A stretch of 64,000 bases of DNA, from NCBI GenBank assembly GCA_044376115.1, contig JBILLK010000006.1, positions 192,001 through 256,000 of the forward strand. Direction: 5' to 3'. This document shows positions 17,973-27,401 of the stretch, in pieces (position 1 is the first letter of the stretch; each line of letters opens with the position of its first letter). A program made the translations under genes and the position numbers. The notes beneath the pieces were generated by a model, which saw only the letters and a program-made list of their open reading frames with translations, did no database searches and was not told the origin of the DNA. This stretch comes from Polyangiaceae bacterium. Its GTDB lineage: Bacteria > Myxococcota_A > Polyangia > Polyangiales > Polyangiaceae.

Positions 17973-18685
17973 AGTTGACGGACGGGCTCTTGGGTTTGCT
18001 CGGGGACACGGCAGACCTGCCGCATCTCGAAGAGGCGCTCACCCACCCCAGCTATTCGAACGAGCTGCGCGGCACACCCGTTCAACCGGCATCGCAGGGC
18101 GTTCCTCGGCGCAACTATCAGCGGCTAGAGTTTCTTGGGGATTCGGTCTTGCAGCTCTGTGTCTCCGAGCGCTTGGTGAATGACTTCGAGGACGCACGCG
18201 AGGGGCAGCTCAGCTTCATGCGCGCCAACATCGTAAGCACCGACGCGCTCGCGGCGTTCGCGGCCAGCATCGACATCGGCCCGTGCCTGCTGATGGGTCG
18301 CGGTGCGGACGCCTCGAACGAGCGCGCGCAAACCTCGGTCCTGGCCGACGCAATCGAGGCGGTGCTCGGCGCCGTCTATCTGGACCGCGGGCTCGACGCT
18401 GCGCGCTTGATCGCGGGCCGCATCCTCGAGTCGGGTTTCGCCGACCGTCCCAAGGTGACCAGCCGCGATTCGAAGAGCGAACTGCAAGAGAAGGTCCAGG
18501 CGCTAGCGGGTGAACCACCGCGCTACAAAGTGCTCGGGATGCACGGTCCGGATCACGCCAAGGAGTTCGAGGTCGAGGTCGTGGCGCTCGGACGCAGTCT
18601 CGGACGCGGCCGGGGTCGCTCGAAGAAGGTGGCGGAGCACGCAGCAGCCCGGGCTGCGCTCTTCACGCTCGCCGAGACGCCATGA
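17969..18685 (+). CDS. rnc: Ribonuclease III
   Basis: ALTHPSY, QRLEFLGDSVL, ADAIEAVLGAVYLD, C-terminal dsRBD (KSELQE, GRSKKVAE). Confidence 0.95.
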   Translation: MKLTDGLLGLLGDTADLPHLEEALTHPSYSNELRGTPVQPASQGVPRRNYQRLEFLGDSVLQLCVSERLVNDFEDAREGQLSFMRANIVSTDALAAFAASIDIGPCLLMGRGADASNERAQTSVLADAIEAVLGAVYLDRGLDAARLIAGRILESGFADRPKVTSRDSKSELQEKVQALAGEPPRYKVLGMHGPDHAKEFEVEVVALGRSLGRGRGRSKKVAEHAAARAALFTLAETP

Positions 18686-19107
18686 GCGCGCTGCGAATGA
18701 ATCGACGAACGTGGCTCTCTGTCGCCGTTGGTTTGGGCCTAACCGCGGTCGCCCCCAGCGCGTTTGCAGGAACCTACTTGGACACCGCCACCTTGTTCGT
18801 CGGCAGCAATCGCAAGGACGCACAAATGTTGCGCAAGAAGCCAAGCGACCGCGATCTCGCGGTAGCCATCCACGCTGTGGCGAAGGCTCGCGCGACCGCC
18901 GCGGCCGAGATGAACGTGCCCGAAAAGGTCGCGAAGGCGCATCCACACTTTCTGCTGACGCTGGCCAAAGTCGAGCGAGCTGCCTTCTCTGCCTCCGAAG
19001 GCAACGTGAAGTCGCTATTTGAGCTGCTCGAGTCGGCCAAGACGGAAGAGACGTTGTTCCTCTCGGCGCTCAAAGAACTCGGCTATTCGCTGGGAGAAGG
19101 CGAGTGA
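18682..19107 (+). CDS. Exported helical hypothetical protein (possible Tat signal)
   Basis: MNRRTWLS + hydrophobic stretch + AFA cleavage site; overlaps both neighbours. Confidence 0.65.
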   Translation: MSALRMNRRTWLSVAVGLGLTAVAPSAFAGTYLDTATLFVGSNRKDAQMLRKKPSDRDLAVAIHAVAKARATAAAEMNVPEKVAKAHPHFLLTLAKVERAAFSASEGNVKSLFELLESAKTEETLFLSALKELGYSLGEGE

Positions 19108-19622
19108 AGCGGCTGCGCTTCGAGTCACCATCGACGCCGTTTCAGCTGGTGCTGATCGAGCCGGAGATCCCGCAGAATACCGGCAACATCGCGCGTCTCT
19201 CCGCTGCGACGAAGAGCCCGTTGCACCTCGTGGGTAAGCTTGGCTTTCGCATCGATGAGCAGGCAGTGCGACGAGCGGGCCTCGACTATTGGCACCTTGT
19301 CCAGCTGACCCACCACGCCGACTTCTCCGCGTTTCGTTCGGCCGTCGTAGCTCCCCGCTTGATCTGTTTTTCGGCGAAGGCCGAACAGAGCTTCGTCGAT
19401 TGCCAGTTCCAGCCGGGGGACGCGTTGGTGTTCGGCAAGGAGAGCGTCGGGCTCGCGGAGGAGCTGGTTCAGGGCATGCAACCGCACGTGTACGGCATCC
19501 CCACGGCGATCGACTCGGTGCGCTCGCTCAACCTGGCGAACGCCGTATCGATCGTGCTGTATGAAGCTCTGCGGCAAGTCGGCTGTTTGGGCAACGCACG
19601 CGCCGTGGAAGCTGCGCGCTAG
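19104..19622 (+). CDS. trmL: tRNA (cytidine/uridine-34-2'-O)-methyltransferase
   Basis: EPEIPQNTGNIAR, RRAGLDYW, FGKESVGL, RSLNLANAV. Confidence 0.93.
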   Translation: MKRLRFESPSTPFQLVLIEPEIPQNTGNIARLSAATKSPLHLVGKLGFRIDEQAVRRAGLDYWHLVQLTHHADFSAFRSAVVAPRLICFSAKAEQSFVDCQFQPGDALVFGKESVGLAEELVQGMQPHVYGIPTAIDSVRSLNLANAVSIVLYEALRQVGCLGNARAVEAAR

Positions 19623-19665
19623 CGCGGCGCTGTACTCCCGCGCGCGTCTTGGCTATCGCTGCTTC

Positions 19666-20658
19666 ATGGCAACGGTCTTCAGCGGAATTCAGCCCACCGG
19701 AGAGGTTCACCTCGGCAACTACATGGGCGCGCTGCGCCAGTGGGTGAAGTTGGCGAACGAGGGCCATGATTGCATCTTTTCGGTGGTCGATTGTCACGCC
19801 TTCACCTTGCCATACGCCGCAGCGGACTTGCCCAAGCGCGTATTCGAGACGGCCGTGGCAGTGCTTTCGACCGGGCTCGACGAGTCGAAGGTCAACATCT
19901 TCGTGCAGTCGGACGTACCCGAGCACACTGAGCTTGCTTGGTACTTGAGCTGTGTTGCGCCGATGGGAGAGCTCGGTCGCATGACGCAGTTCAAAGAGAA
20001 GGGCGAGAACAAAGACAGTGTCGGTACCGGGCTCTTTACCTACCCGGTGCTGATGGCGGCTGACATCTTGTTGTACCGAGGCACGCTGGTTCCGGTCGGG
20101 CATGATCAGCTTCAGCACCTCGAGTTCGCTCGGGACGTGGCTCGCCATTTCAACCATCGCTTCAAGCGAGAGGTGTTCCCGGAGCCGAAGCCTTATCCGC
20201 TCACGCTGCGTATCCGCGGCACCGACGGCAACGAGAAGATGTCGAAGAGCCGCGGCAACACTATCGCCATGCTCGACACTCAGGCCACGATCTGGAAGAA
20301 GCTCAAGGGCGCCTTCACTGATCCGGAGCGCACCACCCTGGAGAAGCCGGGGCGTCCTTCGGTGTGCAACATCTTCACCATGCACGGCGTGGTTACCCCT
20401 GCAGCGACGGTCACCGAGATCGAGGCCAACTGCCAGAACGCGACCATCGGTTGTGGTGCGTGCAAGAAGGTGCTGGCCGAGTCGTTGGAGACCGAGCTTA
20501 CGCCGATCCGTACGCGTGCCGCGGCACTGAACGCCGAGCCGGAGCGCGTGACCGAGCTGCTCAAGGTGGGCGCGGAGCGCTGCCGAACCCGGGCGAAAGA
20601 AACCATGGCCATCGTCAAGGATGCCGCCGGTGTGCGCGGCGCGCTGAGCCGGCCATGA
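19666..20658 (+). CDS. trpS: Tryptophan--tRNA ligase
   Basis: FSGIQPTGEVHLGNY, YPVLMAADILLY, PVGHDQ, KMSKS. Confidence 0.97.
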   Translation: MATVFSGIQPTGEVHLGNYMGALRQWVKLANEGHDCIFSVVDCHAFTLPYAAADLPKRVFETAVAVLSTGLDESKVNIFVQSDVPEHTELAWYLSCVAPMGELGRMTQFKEKGENKDSVGTGLFTYPVLMAADILLYRGTLVPVGHDQLQHLEFARDVARHFNHRFKREVFPEPKPYPLTLRIRGTDGNEKMSKSRGNTIAMLDTQATIWKKLKGAFTDPERTTLEKPGRPSVCNIFTMHGVVTPAATVTEIEANCQNATIGCGACKKVLAESLETELTPIRTRAAALNAEPERVTELLKVGAERCRTRAKETMAIVKDAAGVRGALSRP

Positions 20659-21161
20659 AGCGTTGGGCGGCCTCGCAGCTTCGCCGGTTCGCGGCCTGGA
20701 TGCTGGTCGCAGTTGCGCTATCGCCGTTTGCGTTCGCCTGTCGTGAACCCCAGCCGAACGAGACGCCTGAAGGGGCGGTCCGCGCGCTTGTCGAGCACTT
20801 GAGGCAGCTCGACGGCTCGAACGATGAGGCAGAAAAGGCGCTCGAGCTGCTTTCGGCCGAGACAAAAGCAAACCTGCAGCTTCGTGCAGACCGCTATTCA
20901 GCTGCCAGTGGTAAACATATCCCAGCGTTTCGAATGCTTGCGCCGGCGAGCTTTCGCGAGGCCTTTGAGGCCGAGAAAATGGAAGCCGAAGTTCGGGGAA
21001 ACCAGGCTCTCGTCCGTGTGCACGGCCTGATCGAGCAAGATGAAGCGCTGATTCAGTGCGTGTTCGAAGAGGGCGGCTGGCGCGTTCATGTCCCTCTGCC
21101 CGCGCTGCCACCGGTGGTCGTTCGCACACGGGACGAGAAGCGCCCGAACCGCGGCAAGTAG
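20655..21161 (+). CDS. Hypothetical lipoprotein
   Basis: Lipobox-like FAFAC; ATGA overlap with trpS. Confidence 0.65.
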   Translation: MKRWAASQLRRFAAWMLVAVALSPFAFACREPQPNETPEGAVRALVEHLRQLDGSNDEAEKALELLSAETKANLQLRADRYSAASGKHIPAFRMLAPASFREAFEAEKMEAEVRGNQALVRVHGLIEQDEALIQCVFEEGGWRVHVPLPALPPVVVRTRDEKRPNRGK

Positions 21162-21162
21162 C

Positions 21163-22497
21163 TCAGCCCTCGCGGACGGACTTGGTCACTTCCCCGGCGC
21201 GGACCAACGCCGTCTTGAGCAGCACCGGCCCGACGAATTCATGGATCGCTACGGCAGCGAGAGACAGCGCCCGGAAGGGGCCGCTGATCGACGGGAAGGC
21301 GCGCGCCACCACCTCGGTCAAGCCGATCGTCAGGCCGGCCTGCGAAATCAACGGAGCAAACGCCCACGTCCGCACGGTGGGTTCATCGTTCACGATGGCG
21401 CTGGAAGCACGCGCACTGAAGTAGGTTGCGAGCGCGCGTACGAGGCAAAGGCCAACTGCTACGAGCCCCATGTCCGCCAGCAGCGTTAGATCGACCTTGG
21501 CGCCGGCAACGGCGAAGAACACCGCAAATACGAGGATGCCCGTCTGGTGAATGGCCTCGAGTAGTTTGGACCCTTGCTCGCTGAAGTTGGCCACCACGAA
21601 GCCCGCCACCAGGAAGCAAAGCAGCGAGTCGAAGCGTACGTAGCGAATCAACTCGGAGAGCCCAACGCTCACCGCGAAGAGGAGAATCAAGTGGCTCCGT
21701 TCGGTGAGGCGAAAGTAGAGCGCGAGCACGATGCCCACACATCCGCCGAGCGTGACGCTGCCGAGCATCTCGAAGCCAAGCTCACGGATCTCCTGCAGCG
21801 ATAGGGTCATCGAAGGATCAAACAGCGGCTGAACGAGCGCGATTGCCACCGCCATCATCACGATCACGACCAGATCAGAGAACATCACGAACGCGAGCGA
21901 GAATGAGGCGAGCGGCCCTTTGGGCCTCAATTCGGAGAACACCCCCAACAAGACGGCGGGGCTGCGCGAGGCGGCGAGCGTGCCCCACAGCACCGCGATG
22001 CCGAGCACGGCGGTCTTCGGCAAACCGGCAAACGCCGTCCAAGGCGAGATCAGAAACAGCGCGGTGCCTGCTGCCAGCGGCACGACGAGATGCTGCAAGA
22101 GCGTCGCCCAGGTCAGACTGCGGCGGTTCTTGCGCAGCCCGTCAATGCGCAGCTCAGCTCCACCGGCGAGCGCGATCAGGGCCAGCGCGATGGTGTTGAC
22201 CGGAGCGAGCCCGACCACGACCGACGGCGCGATCAAACCAAGGACGTGGGGTCCCGACAGCAGTCCGCACAAGAGGTAGCCGGTGATGTGCGGTAACCCG
22301 AGCGGCTCGAGCAGCTCGGACATGAGCGTGCCGGCGAGCATCAGAAAGCCGAGCGCAGCGATCGTCTCGACGGTGGCGTTCTTCGCAGGAGAAATGCGCA
22401 CGGCGATCATCAGCACCAACGCTATGACCACCAACGCCGCGGCCTGAATCGGGCGCCTGCGTAGGTTGGTCGCTGCGGTGAGCGGGGGAGGGCTCAC
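21163..22497 (-). CDS. Cation:proton antiporter (CPA/Kef-type membrane domain)
   Basis: ~13 TM helices, LPHITGYLLCGLLSGP, AGGAEL, SQAGLTIGL. Confidence 0.85.
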   Translation of the reverse strand: MSPPPLTAATNLRRRPIQAAALVVIALVLMIAVRISPAKNATVETIAALGFLMLAGTLMSELLEPLGLPHITGYLLCGLLSGPHVLGLIAPSVVVGLAPVNTIALALIALAGGAELRIDGLRKNRRSLTWATLLQHLVVPLAAGTALFLISPWTAFAGLPKTAVLGIAVLWGTLAASRSPAVLLGVFSELRPKGPLASFSLAFVMFSDLVVIVMMAVAIALVQPLFDPSMTLSLQEIRELGFEMLGSVTLGGCVGIVLALYFRLTERSHLILLFAVSVGLSELIRYVRFDSLLCFLVAGFVVANFSEQGSKLLEAIHQTGILVFAVFFAVAGAKVDLTLLADMGLVAVGLCLVRALATYFSARASSAIVNDEPTVRTWAFAPLISQAGLTIGLTEVVARAFPSISGPFRALSLAAVAIHEFVGPVLLKTALVRAGEVTKSVREG

Positions 22498-23747
22498 GGC
22501 ACCGCACCTTTGGCGCGCACGACTCCGCTGCTTTTTGCGGGCTCGTGAAGTTCACCGGCTTGCTTGAGGGCGAAGCGTAAAGCGGGCGTGCCGAGCAGCT
22601 CCCCGGTGACCGTATTCGCCACAGCGATGAACAAGACCAGCTCACCGATTGGGCCCTTGATCGCCGCGGCACAGGCGAGACCCGCCGTGATCGAAAGGAT
22701 GCCGGCAGGTAGCAAGGCACCGCCAGCCGCCGCTGCATTGGTCTTTTGCGCCGATGAGTCGCGATGCCACCTTACGAGCAGTCGTCCCGAGAGCCCTTTG
22801 GCGAGCAATCGTGCTCCAACCGCTGCGACGGCGACGACCCAAAGCTCGAGCGACGGCGGGAGGCTCACGTACGCTCCCGCCAGAACCAAGGCAGGCAGCA
22901 TCGTTGGTCGTTCTGTGGGCTCCAACATCTTGCCGATTTCGATGCGTTGGGCAGATGCCAACGAGGCCACTACGCCCATCACGAACGCGACCCAAACCGC
23001 CGAGAGGCCGAGCTTCAAGCTGACGCCAACGCCGAGCAAGGTTGCACCGATGAGGATGCCCCAGCGTTGGCCCTTCCTGGGCTCGATGTTGAACAAGGCT
23101 GCGATGGTTACGCCCAACGCTGCGCCCAACAAGAGCGATACCCCGAGACTGAGCGCTGGCGACCAAGGCACTCCGGCGAGCGGCGTTGGGGTCGCTGAGA
23201 ACGCGGCGATCAACGCCAACAGCACCAAAGCGATGGCATCATCGGCTTCAGCCATCTCGCCAATGAAGGAGGTGAGCGGGCCCGTTGCGCCGTAGCGTTG
23301 CACGACCCAACGCACCGCATGCCGCGTGGTCTCCGCGCTCACAGCTCCGATGCCCAAGGTAAAGAGCACGAGCTGCGCTGGCGCGACCTCCTCCAACCGG
23401 CGCGCCACCAAGTTCGCGGCCAGCGCCGCGAAGCCCGCGGAGAGCACCGCGAGTCCGAGTCCGCGTGCCATCGTGCGGGTCGGCACACCGACGCCTCCGG
23501 CTGCGTAGCCGTAGTGACCGCCCGAAACGACCGCGAGCCAGCTCAAGGCGACTGCGTTGAAAGGTTCGAAGGTCGCTCGGGTCTCCGAGCTGATCAAGCC
23601 CAGGAATTTGGGGCCCAGCAACACTCCCAGAAGAAGAAACTCGGTCCCCGAAGGCAGCCCGGTCCCACGCAGCGCTCGGCCGCTCACGAGCATCGTTCCG
23701 AGGTACGCCAGGGCCATCAGGCCGGTCAAAACCAAGATCGGGCTCAT
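22494..23747 (-). CDS. Second, divergent cation:proton antiporter-like membrane protein
   Basis: ~12 TM helices, FLLLGVLLGP motif, AEADDA; overlaps both neighbours. Confidence 0.7.
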   Translation of the reverse strand: MSPILVLTGLMALAYLGTMLVSGRALRGTGLPSGTEFLLLGVLLGPKFLGLISSETRATFEPFNAVALSWLAVVSGGHYGYAAGGVGVPTRTMARGLGLAVLSAGFAALAANLVARRLEEVAPAQLVLFTLGIGAVSAETTRHAVRWVVQRYGATGPLTSFIGEMAEADDAIALVLLALIAAFSATPTPLAGVPWSPALSLGVSLLLGAALGVTIAALFNIEPRKGQRWGILIGATLLGVGVSLKLGLSAVWVAFVMGVVASLASAQRIEIGKMLEPTERPTMLPALVLAGAYVSLPPSLELWVVAVAAVGARLLAKGLSGRLLVRWHRDSSAQKTNAAAAGGALLPAGILSITAGLACAAAIKGPIGELVLFIAVANTVTGELLGTPALRFALKQAGELHEPAKSSGVVRAKGAVP

Positions 23748-25537
23748 GCTGTGCCCACAGCACTTGGCGCGCTTTGGCGTGCTTCATTGATCAGCTTGAG
23801 CACGAGCTCTCGCTGCTCCGACTTGCGCTCGAGATGGACTCTATACGTTGCGGCGTGGGCCTCGAGGTCGATCAGCTCGAGTTGGGCGTCACCGAACTCT
23901 GCGCGCAGCAGGGCTACCGCGCGCTGTTCGAAGTCCCTTGTCGCGAGCCCGACTGGCAGCGAGAACTCTACGCGCTGACCGCGTTCAGCCGCGTGGATCG
24001 TGACGGCGCGCACCAAGCTCAGAAGGTGAGGCACCCGTACGTCGCGAGCTTGCGAACGCAACACGACGTCGAACAGGGTCACCTTGGTTATCTCGCCGCT
24101 GGCGTCCCCGATCGTTACGCGCTGACCCGCCTTGAGCCGACGCCCGAAGGCGACGTACACACCCAAGGCGCCGTTCGCGACGAGCGGCGTGCTCGCAAGT
24201 CCGAGCGTGATCATGCCAAGCAACCCTGCGCGAGCGAGCGCGCCCTCCGCGTGCCCGGTGAGGACGGGGGCTGCAAACACCAGCGTCAGCATCACGATGC
24301 CCAAGCGCGACAGGAACCGCGTGGGCTCGGCGAGATCCGCCGGAAGCCACGGTACCGAGGTGGTGCCATCGCGAACCGCCTCGAAGAAAAGTCCCACCAC
24401 GCGCAGCAGTAGCAACATCACCAAGCCGGCGATCGCTACCACCACGGTGATCGGCAAGGTCGAGACGACCCGCGTGGTCAGCTCGACGAACGGCTCGAGT
24501 ATCAGCGTATTGATTCGCTGCGTGTAGCCACGCGTCCCAACGAACTGATTGAGCGCGGCGATAATCCATAGGTAGACGACCGCGAACTGCAGCAGCCACT
24601 TCCCGATGCCGAGCGCCAACGCTGAGCCGCTTCGGACAGCCGCGGGCGTAAGCAGGGTCACGCTTCGAACGCTCAGCGCGGGCACTCGCTGCGGGTTTTC
24701 GTCGAGCCACGCGTTGGCGCGCTCAGTGAACTCACCGGTTTTGCGCAGCAAGTAAAGGACGATGACGCCGAACAGCACCACCATGCTGATCCCGAACAGC
24801 CTGCGAGCGAGCGCGTTGCGTGCCTTCTCCTTGGCGATCGCGCTACGCAGCTGGGCCGCAACCGCGTCCGCGTGAGCCTCGAGCGAGCTCTCGCCGTTCG
24901 CCACCGCGTCTTGTGGCCCAAGCTGAATGATCGGCGTTTGCCCGACGTAGATGACCGCAACCTCGACCCCGCGTTCAACGCGGACGTCTTCCTCGCCGCT
25001 TGTGTCGAATACCTCGCGGAGCGCCTTTTCGGCTCGCTTGGCCCGCAACTTCGCTTCAACGTCACCTGCATTGGCTCGGACCGAAAACGCCAGCGAATCG
25101 CCGAGCATGACGTCGGCCGGAGCGACGAGTACGGGTGGAGCTGCTGGAACTGGCTGCGAGGAGGGGAGCGGCGGCGTTGGAGGCGGTGGGGGCACCGAGG
25201 GCAACGCCGAAGCGCTTGGCTGAGCTACGTTGGGCCGCGTTGGCGCGGGTGCACGCGCCGACCCCGATTCCTGTCCCGATGCAGCGGTATTCGGAGGTTG
25301 CGCCGACGGCTGGGCAGCGTCCAAGGGCAGCGCTGAGCTCGAAGGTTGCGCCGAACTCGAGGGCAGCGCCGAACTCGAGGGCAGCGCTGAACTAGACGCT
25401 CTAGTCGAAGGCTGCGCTGAACTCGAAGGCCGAGCCGAAGTCAATGGCTGCGCTGACGCAGCTCCGTTCAAGCCGAGTGCGAGGCAGACGCCACAAAGAA
25501 TGGCCCGATAGCGAACCGAAGGAGGAGTCCGGGTCAT
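23744..25537 (-). CDS. MscS-family mechanosensitive channel with long N-terminal periplasmic region
   Basis: Signal peptide, Pro/Ser-rich repeats, TM helices, then LKAGQRVTIGDASGEITKVTL..VRVP MscS beta domain. Confidence 0.8.
   Translation of the reverse strand: MTRTPPSVRYRAILCGVCLALGLNGAASAQPLTSARPSSSAQPSTRASSSALPSSSALPSSSAQPSSSALPLDAAQPSAQPPNTAASGQESGSARAPAPTRPNVAQPSASALPSVPPPPPTPPLPSSQPVPAAPPVLVAPADVMLGDSLAFSVRANAGDVEAKLRAKRAEKALREVFDTSGEEDVRVERGVEVAVIYVGQTPIIQLGPQDAVANGESSLEAHADAVAAQLRSAIAKEKARNALARRLFGISMVVLFGVIVLYLLRKTGEFTERANAWLDENPQRVPALSVRSVTLLTPAAVRSGSALALGIGKWLLQFAVVYLWIIAALNQFVGTRGYTQRINTLILEPFVELTTRVVSTLPITVVVAIAGLVMLLLLRVVGLFFEAVRDGTTSVPWLPADLAEPTRFLSRLGIVMLTLVFAAPVLTGHAEGALARAGLLGMITLGLASTPLVANGALGVYVAFGRRLKAGQRVTIGDASGEITKVTLFDVVLRSQARDVRVPHLLSLVRAVTIHAAERGQRVEFSLPVGLATRDFEQRAVALLRAEFGDAQLELIDLEAHAATYRVHLERKSEQRELVLKLINEARQSAPSAVGTA
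25324..25435 (-). repeat. 18-bp tandem coding repeats (PSSSAL/PSSSAQ) in the MscS N-terminus
   Basis: Repeated GAACTCGAGGGCAGCGCC-like units. Confidence 0.75.
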
Positions 25538-25560
25538 TCTCGCCACGACTGGCGGCCCAT
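25534..25560 (-). other. Candidate leaderless 8-codon uORF (MGRQSWRE*) whose stop overlaps the MscS ATG
   Basis: TACGCT-N6-ATG at 25560; TGA 25536-25534 overlaps ATG 25537-25535. Confidence 0.4.
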
Positions 25561-25592
25561 GGGACCAGCGTACATCAAAAGGACGAACGCCA

Positions 25593-25622
25593 AGCGCTCA
25601 GCGAATGACTCCGCTGAGCGCT
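25593..25622 (-). terminator. Hairpin downstream of cdnL (putative terminator)
   Basis: AGCGCTCAGCG-N8-CGCTGAGCGCT, 11-bp perfect stem. Confidence 0.6.
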
Positions 25623-25638
25623 CAGGTGAAAGCCGCCG

Positions 25639-26142
25639 TTAGTTAGAGAGGAAGATCGCTTCGATCTCGTTCTTGACGTCTTCTTCCGTCTGCCCACGAG
25701 CAATCGCAATTTCTTTCACGATCAGCGACCGGGCCTCATCCAACATGCGCTTCTCGCCGAACGAGAGCTGCTTGTCGGTCTTTAGACGGTAGAGGTCACG
25801 AAGCACCTCCGCTACGTCGTAGATCGAGCCGGTCTTGATCTTGTCCATGAAACCGCGGTAACGCCGATTCCACGTCTGCTTGTCAAACGCCACGGTGCGT
25901 TCACGAAGGATGTCAAACACCTCCTGAATCTCCTGGTCACTGATGAGCTGCCGAAGCCCAACAGCGTTGGCATTGCCGACCGGAACGCGGATTTTGCTGT
26001 TGTTCTGCAACAGCCGAAGCACGTAAAAGCGCTGCCGGTTACCCCCGATATCCAGCTCCTCAATGCCGATGACCTCAGCGACGCCACCCCGCGGGTAGAC
26101 TGCTTTGTCACCGACCTTGAACTGAATGGGTTGAGCCTGCAT
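25639..26142 (-). CDS. cdnL: CarD family RNA polymerase-binding factor CdnL
   Basis: FKVGDKAVYP..GV, VPV...VGLR, TWNRRYR (conserved Trp), LSFGEKRML; no HMGA/AT-hook tail, so CdnL rather than M. xanthus CarD. Confidence 0.92.
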   Translation of the reverse strand: MQAQPIQFKVGDKAVYPRGGVAEVIGIEELDIGGNRQRFYVLRLLQNNSKIRVPVGNANAVGLRQLISDQEIQEVFDILRERTVAFDKQTWNRRYRGFMDKIKTGSIYDVAEVLRDLYRLKTDKQLSFGEKRMLDEARSLIVKEIAIARGQTEEDVKNEIEAIFLSN

Positions 26143-26383
26143 AGCGTTTTCCTTTCCTTCGACCACCGAGCGGTGGCTCCAGCTCTCCCAAGGCGGAAAA
26201 CCTCTCGGAGCTGAATCTGAACTTCCGCCTATTCTCGGCGGTGAACGAACGTGTTAGCGCTTTAGCGCCCTGGATCAACAACTGGCGCGTCGGCGCATTC
26301 CGTCAAAAGCAGGACCCGAATTCAGATAGGACTCAGGCGCCGCAGCCGACGACTTGACTGCCTTTTTTGCGCCAAGCGCGCGC

Positions 26384-26412
26384 ACTGTAGCTAGTCCTTA
26401 GGGAACTGTCAA
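26384..26412 (-). promoter_or_regulatory. Sigma70-type promoter of cdnL
   Basis: Minus strand TTGACA-N17-TACAGT followed by a GC-rich discriminator. Confidence 0.75.
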
Positions 26413-26456
26413 CGCCCAATTGACGCAGCTGACGCACCGTTCCGAATCCGGCGGTG

Positions 26457-27401
26457 TCAGGCCGGGCTGAGCTCATCGGCGAGCCCCCAGCGCACGCCGC
26501 GATCTGAAACGAGCATGCTCTCGGCGCCCAAACTCTCGAGAACGCGCGCGCAAAGCAAGGCGCCCGCGACAATGACGTCGGCGCGCTTTGGGCTAAGCCC
26601 TGGGAGGAGGCAACGCTGCTCGAGCGGCGTCCTCTTGAGCAGCTCGAACACTCGATGGGCGCTCTCTGTCGAAAGCTCTGCGCCGTGAACACGCTTTGCA
26701 TCGTATGGATCGACGTTGTTCGCGATCGCCAGCAGCGTGGTAACTGTCCCGGCCACGCCCACGACCCGTACGCCTGGGCCAGCTTTCACTGGGTTGTTTG
26801 CCAGCGTTTCGGCGATGGTTGCCTCAAGCCGGCTGAGATCCTCGATGGAGACTGGATCCTCGCGCACGCAGCGCTCAGTCAACCGCACGCTGCCAATGTC
26901 GAGGCTAACCGCCTGAGCGACACGGCCGGAAGCAACGCCGCGAATGAACTCGGTGCTACCTCCGCCGATGTCAAAAACCACGACCTCCGTCGTTGGCGCC
27001 AGATTGAGGCCCGATAGCCCACCCTTGAAGGTGAGTCGGGCTTCCTCGTCACCGCCGATCACGCGCGGCTCAACGCCGAGAAGTTCGGCCGCTCGGACTC
27101 GAAATTGTTCTCCTCCGCGGGCGTCGCGCATGGCACTCGTACCCACGACATCCAAGCTAGTGACGCCTCTCGACCGAAGCTCCGCCGCGTATTCGGCCAA
27201 GCATTGGAGGGTCCGCTCGCAGGCCGCGGGCGACAGCTCACGGTTTCGATCCACACCTTCACCGAGTCGGGTGATGGTCGCGGCCTCGTGCACGGGGACG
27301 AGGCCTTCTGCGCTGCGGCGTGCCACGAGCAGCAGCACCGAGTTGGTGCCGATGTCGATGGTGCCTACGAGCTTGGCGTCGCTTGGGTCAAGCTCGGTCA
27401 T
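26457..27401 (-). CDS. ppx: Ppx/GppA exopolyphosphatase (short form)
   Basis: IDIGTNSV, TRLGEG, TSAMRDA, EEARL, DIGGGSTE, RADVIVAG. Confidence 0.92.
   Translation of the reverse strand: MTELDPSDAKLVGTIDIGTNSVLLLVARRSAEGLVPVHEAATITRLGEGVDRNRELSPAACERTLQCLAEYAAELRSRGVTSLDVVGTSAMRDARGGEQFRVRAAELLGVEPRVIGGDEEARLTFKGGLSGLNLAPTTEVVVFDIGGGSTEFIRGVASGRVAQAVSLDIGSVRLTERCVREDPVSIEDLSRLEATIAETLANNPVKAGPGVRVVGVAGTVTTLLAIANNVDPYDAKRVHGAELSTESAHRVFELLKRTPLEQRCLLPGLSPKRADVIVAGALLCARVLESLGAESMLVSDRGVRWGLADELSPA

Noticed and set aside
19528..21129. 533-aa minus-strand ORF and many other long overlapping ORFs
   Set aside because: These are antisense or alternate-frame shadows of well-supported genes, expected in high-GC DNA, with Arg/Ala/Pro-rich composition and no motifs.
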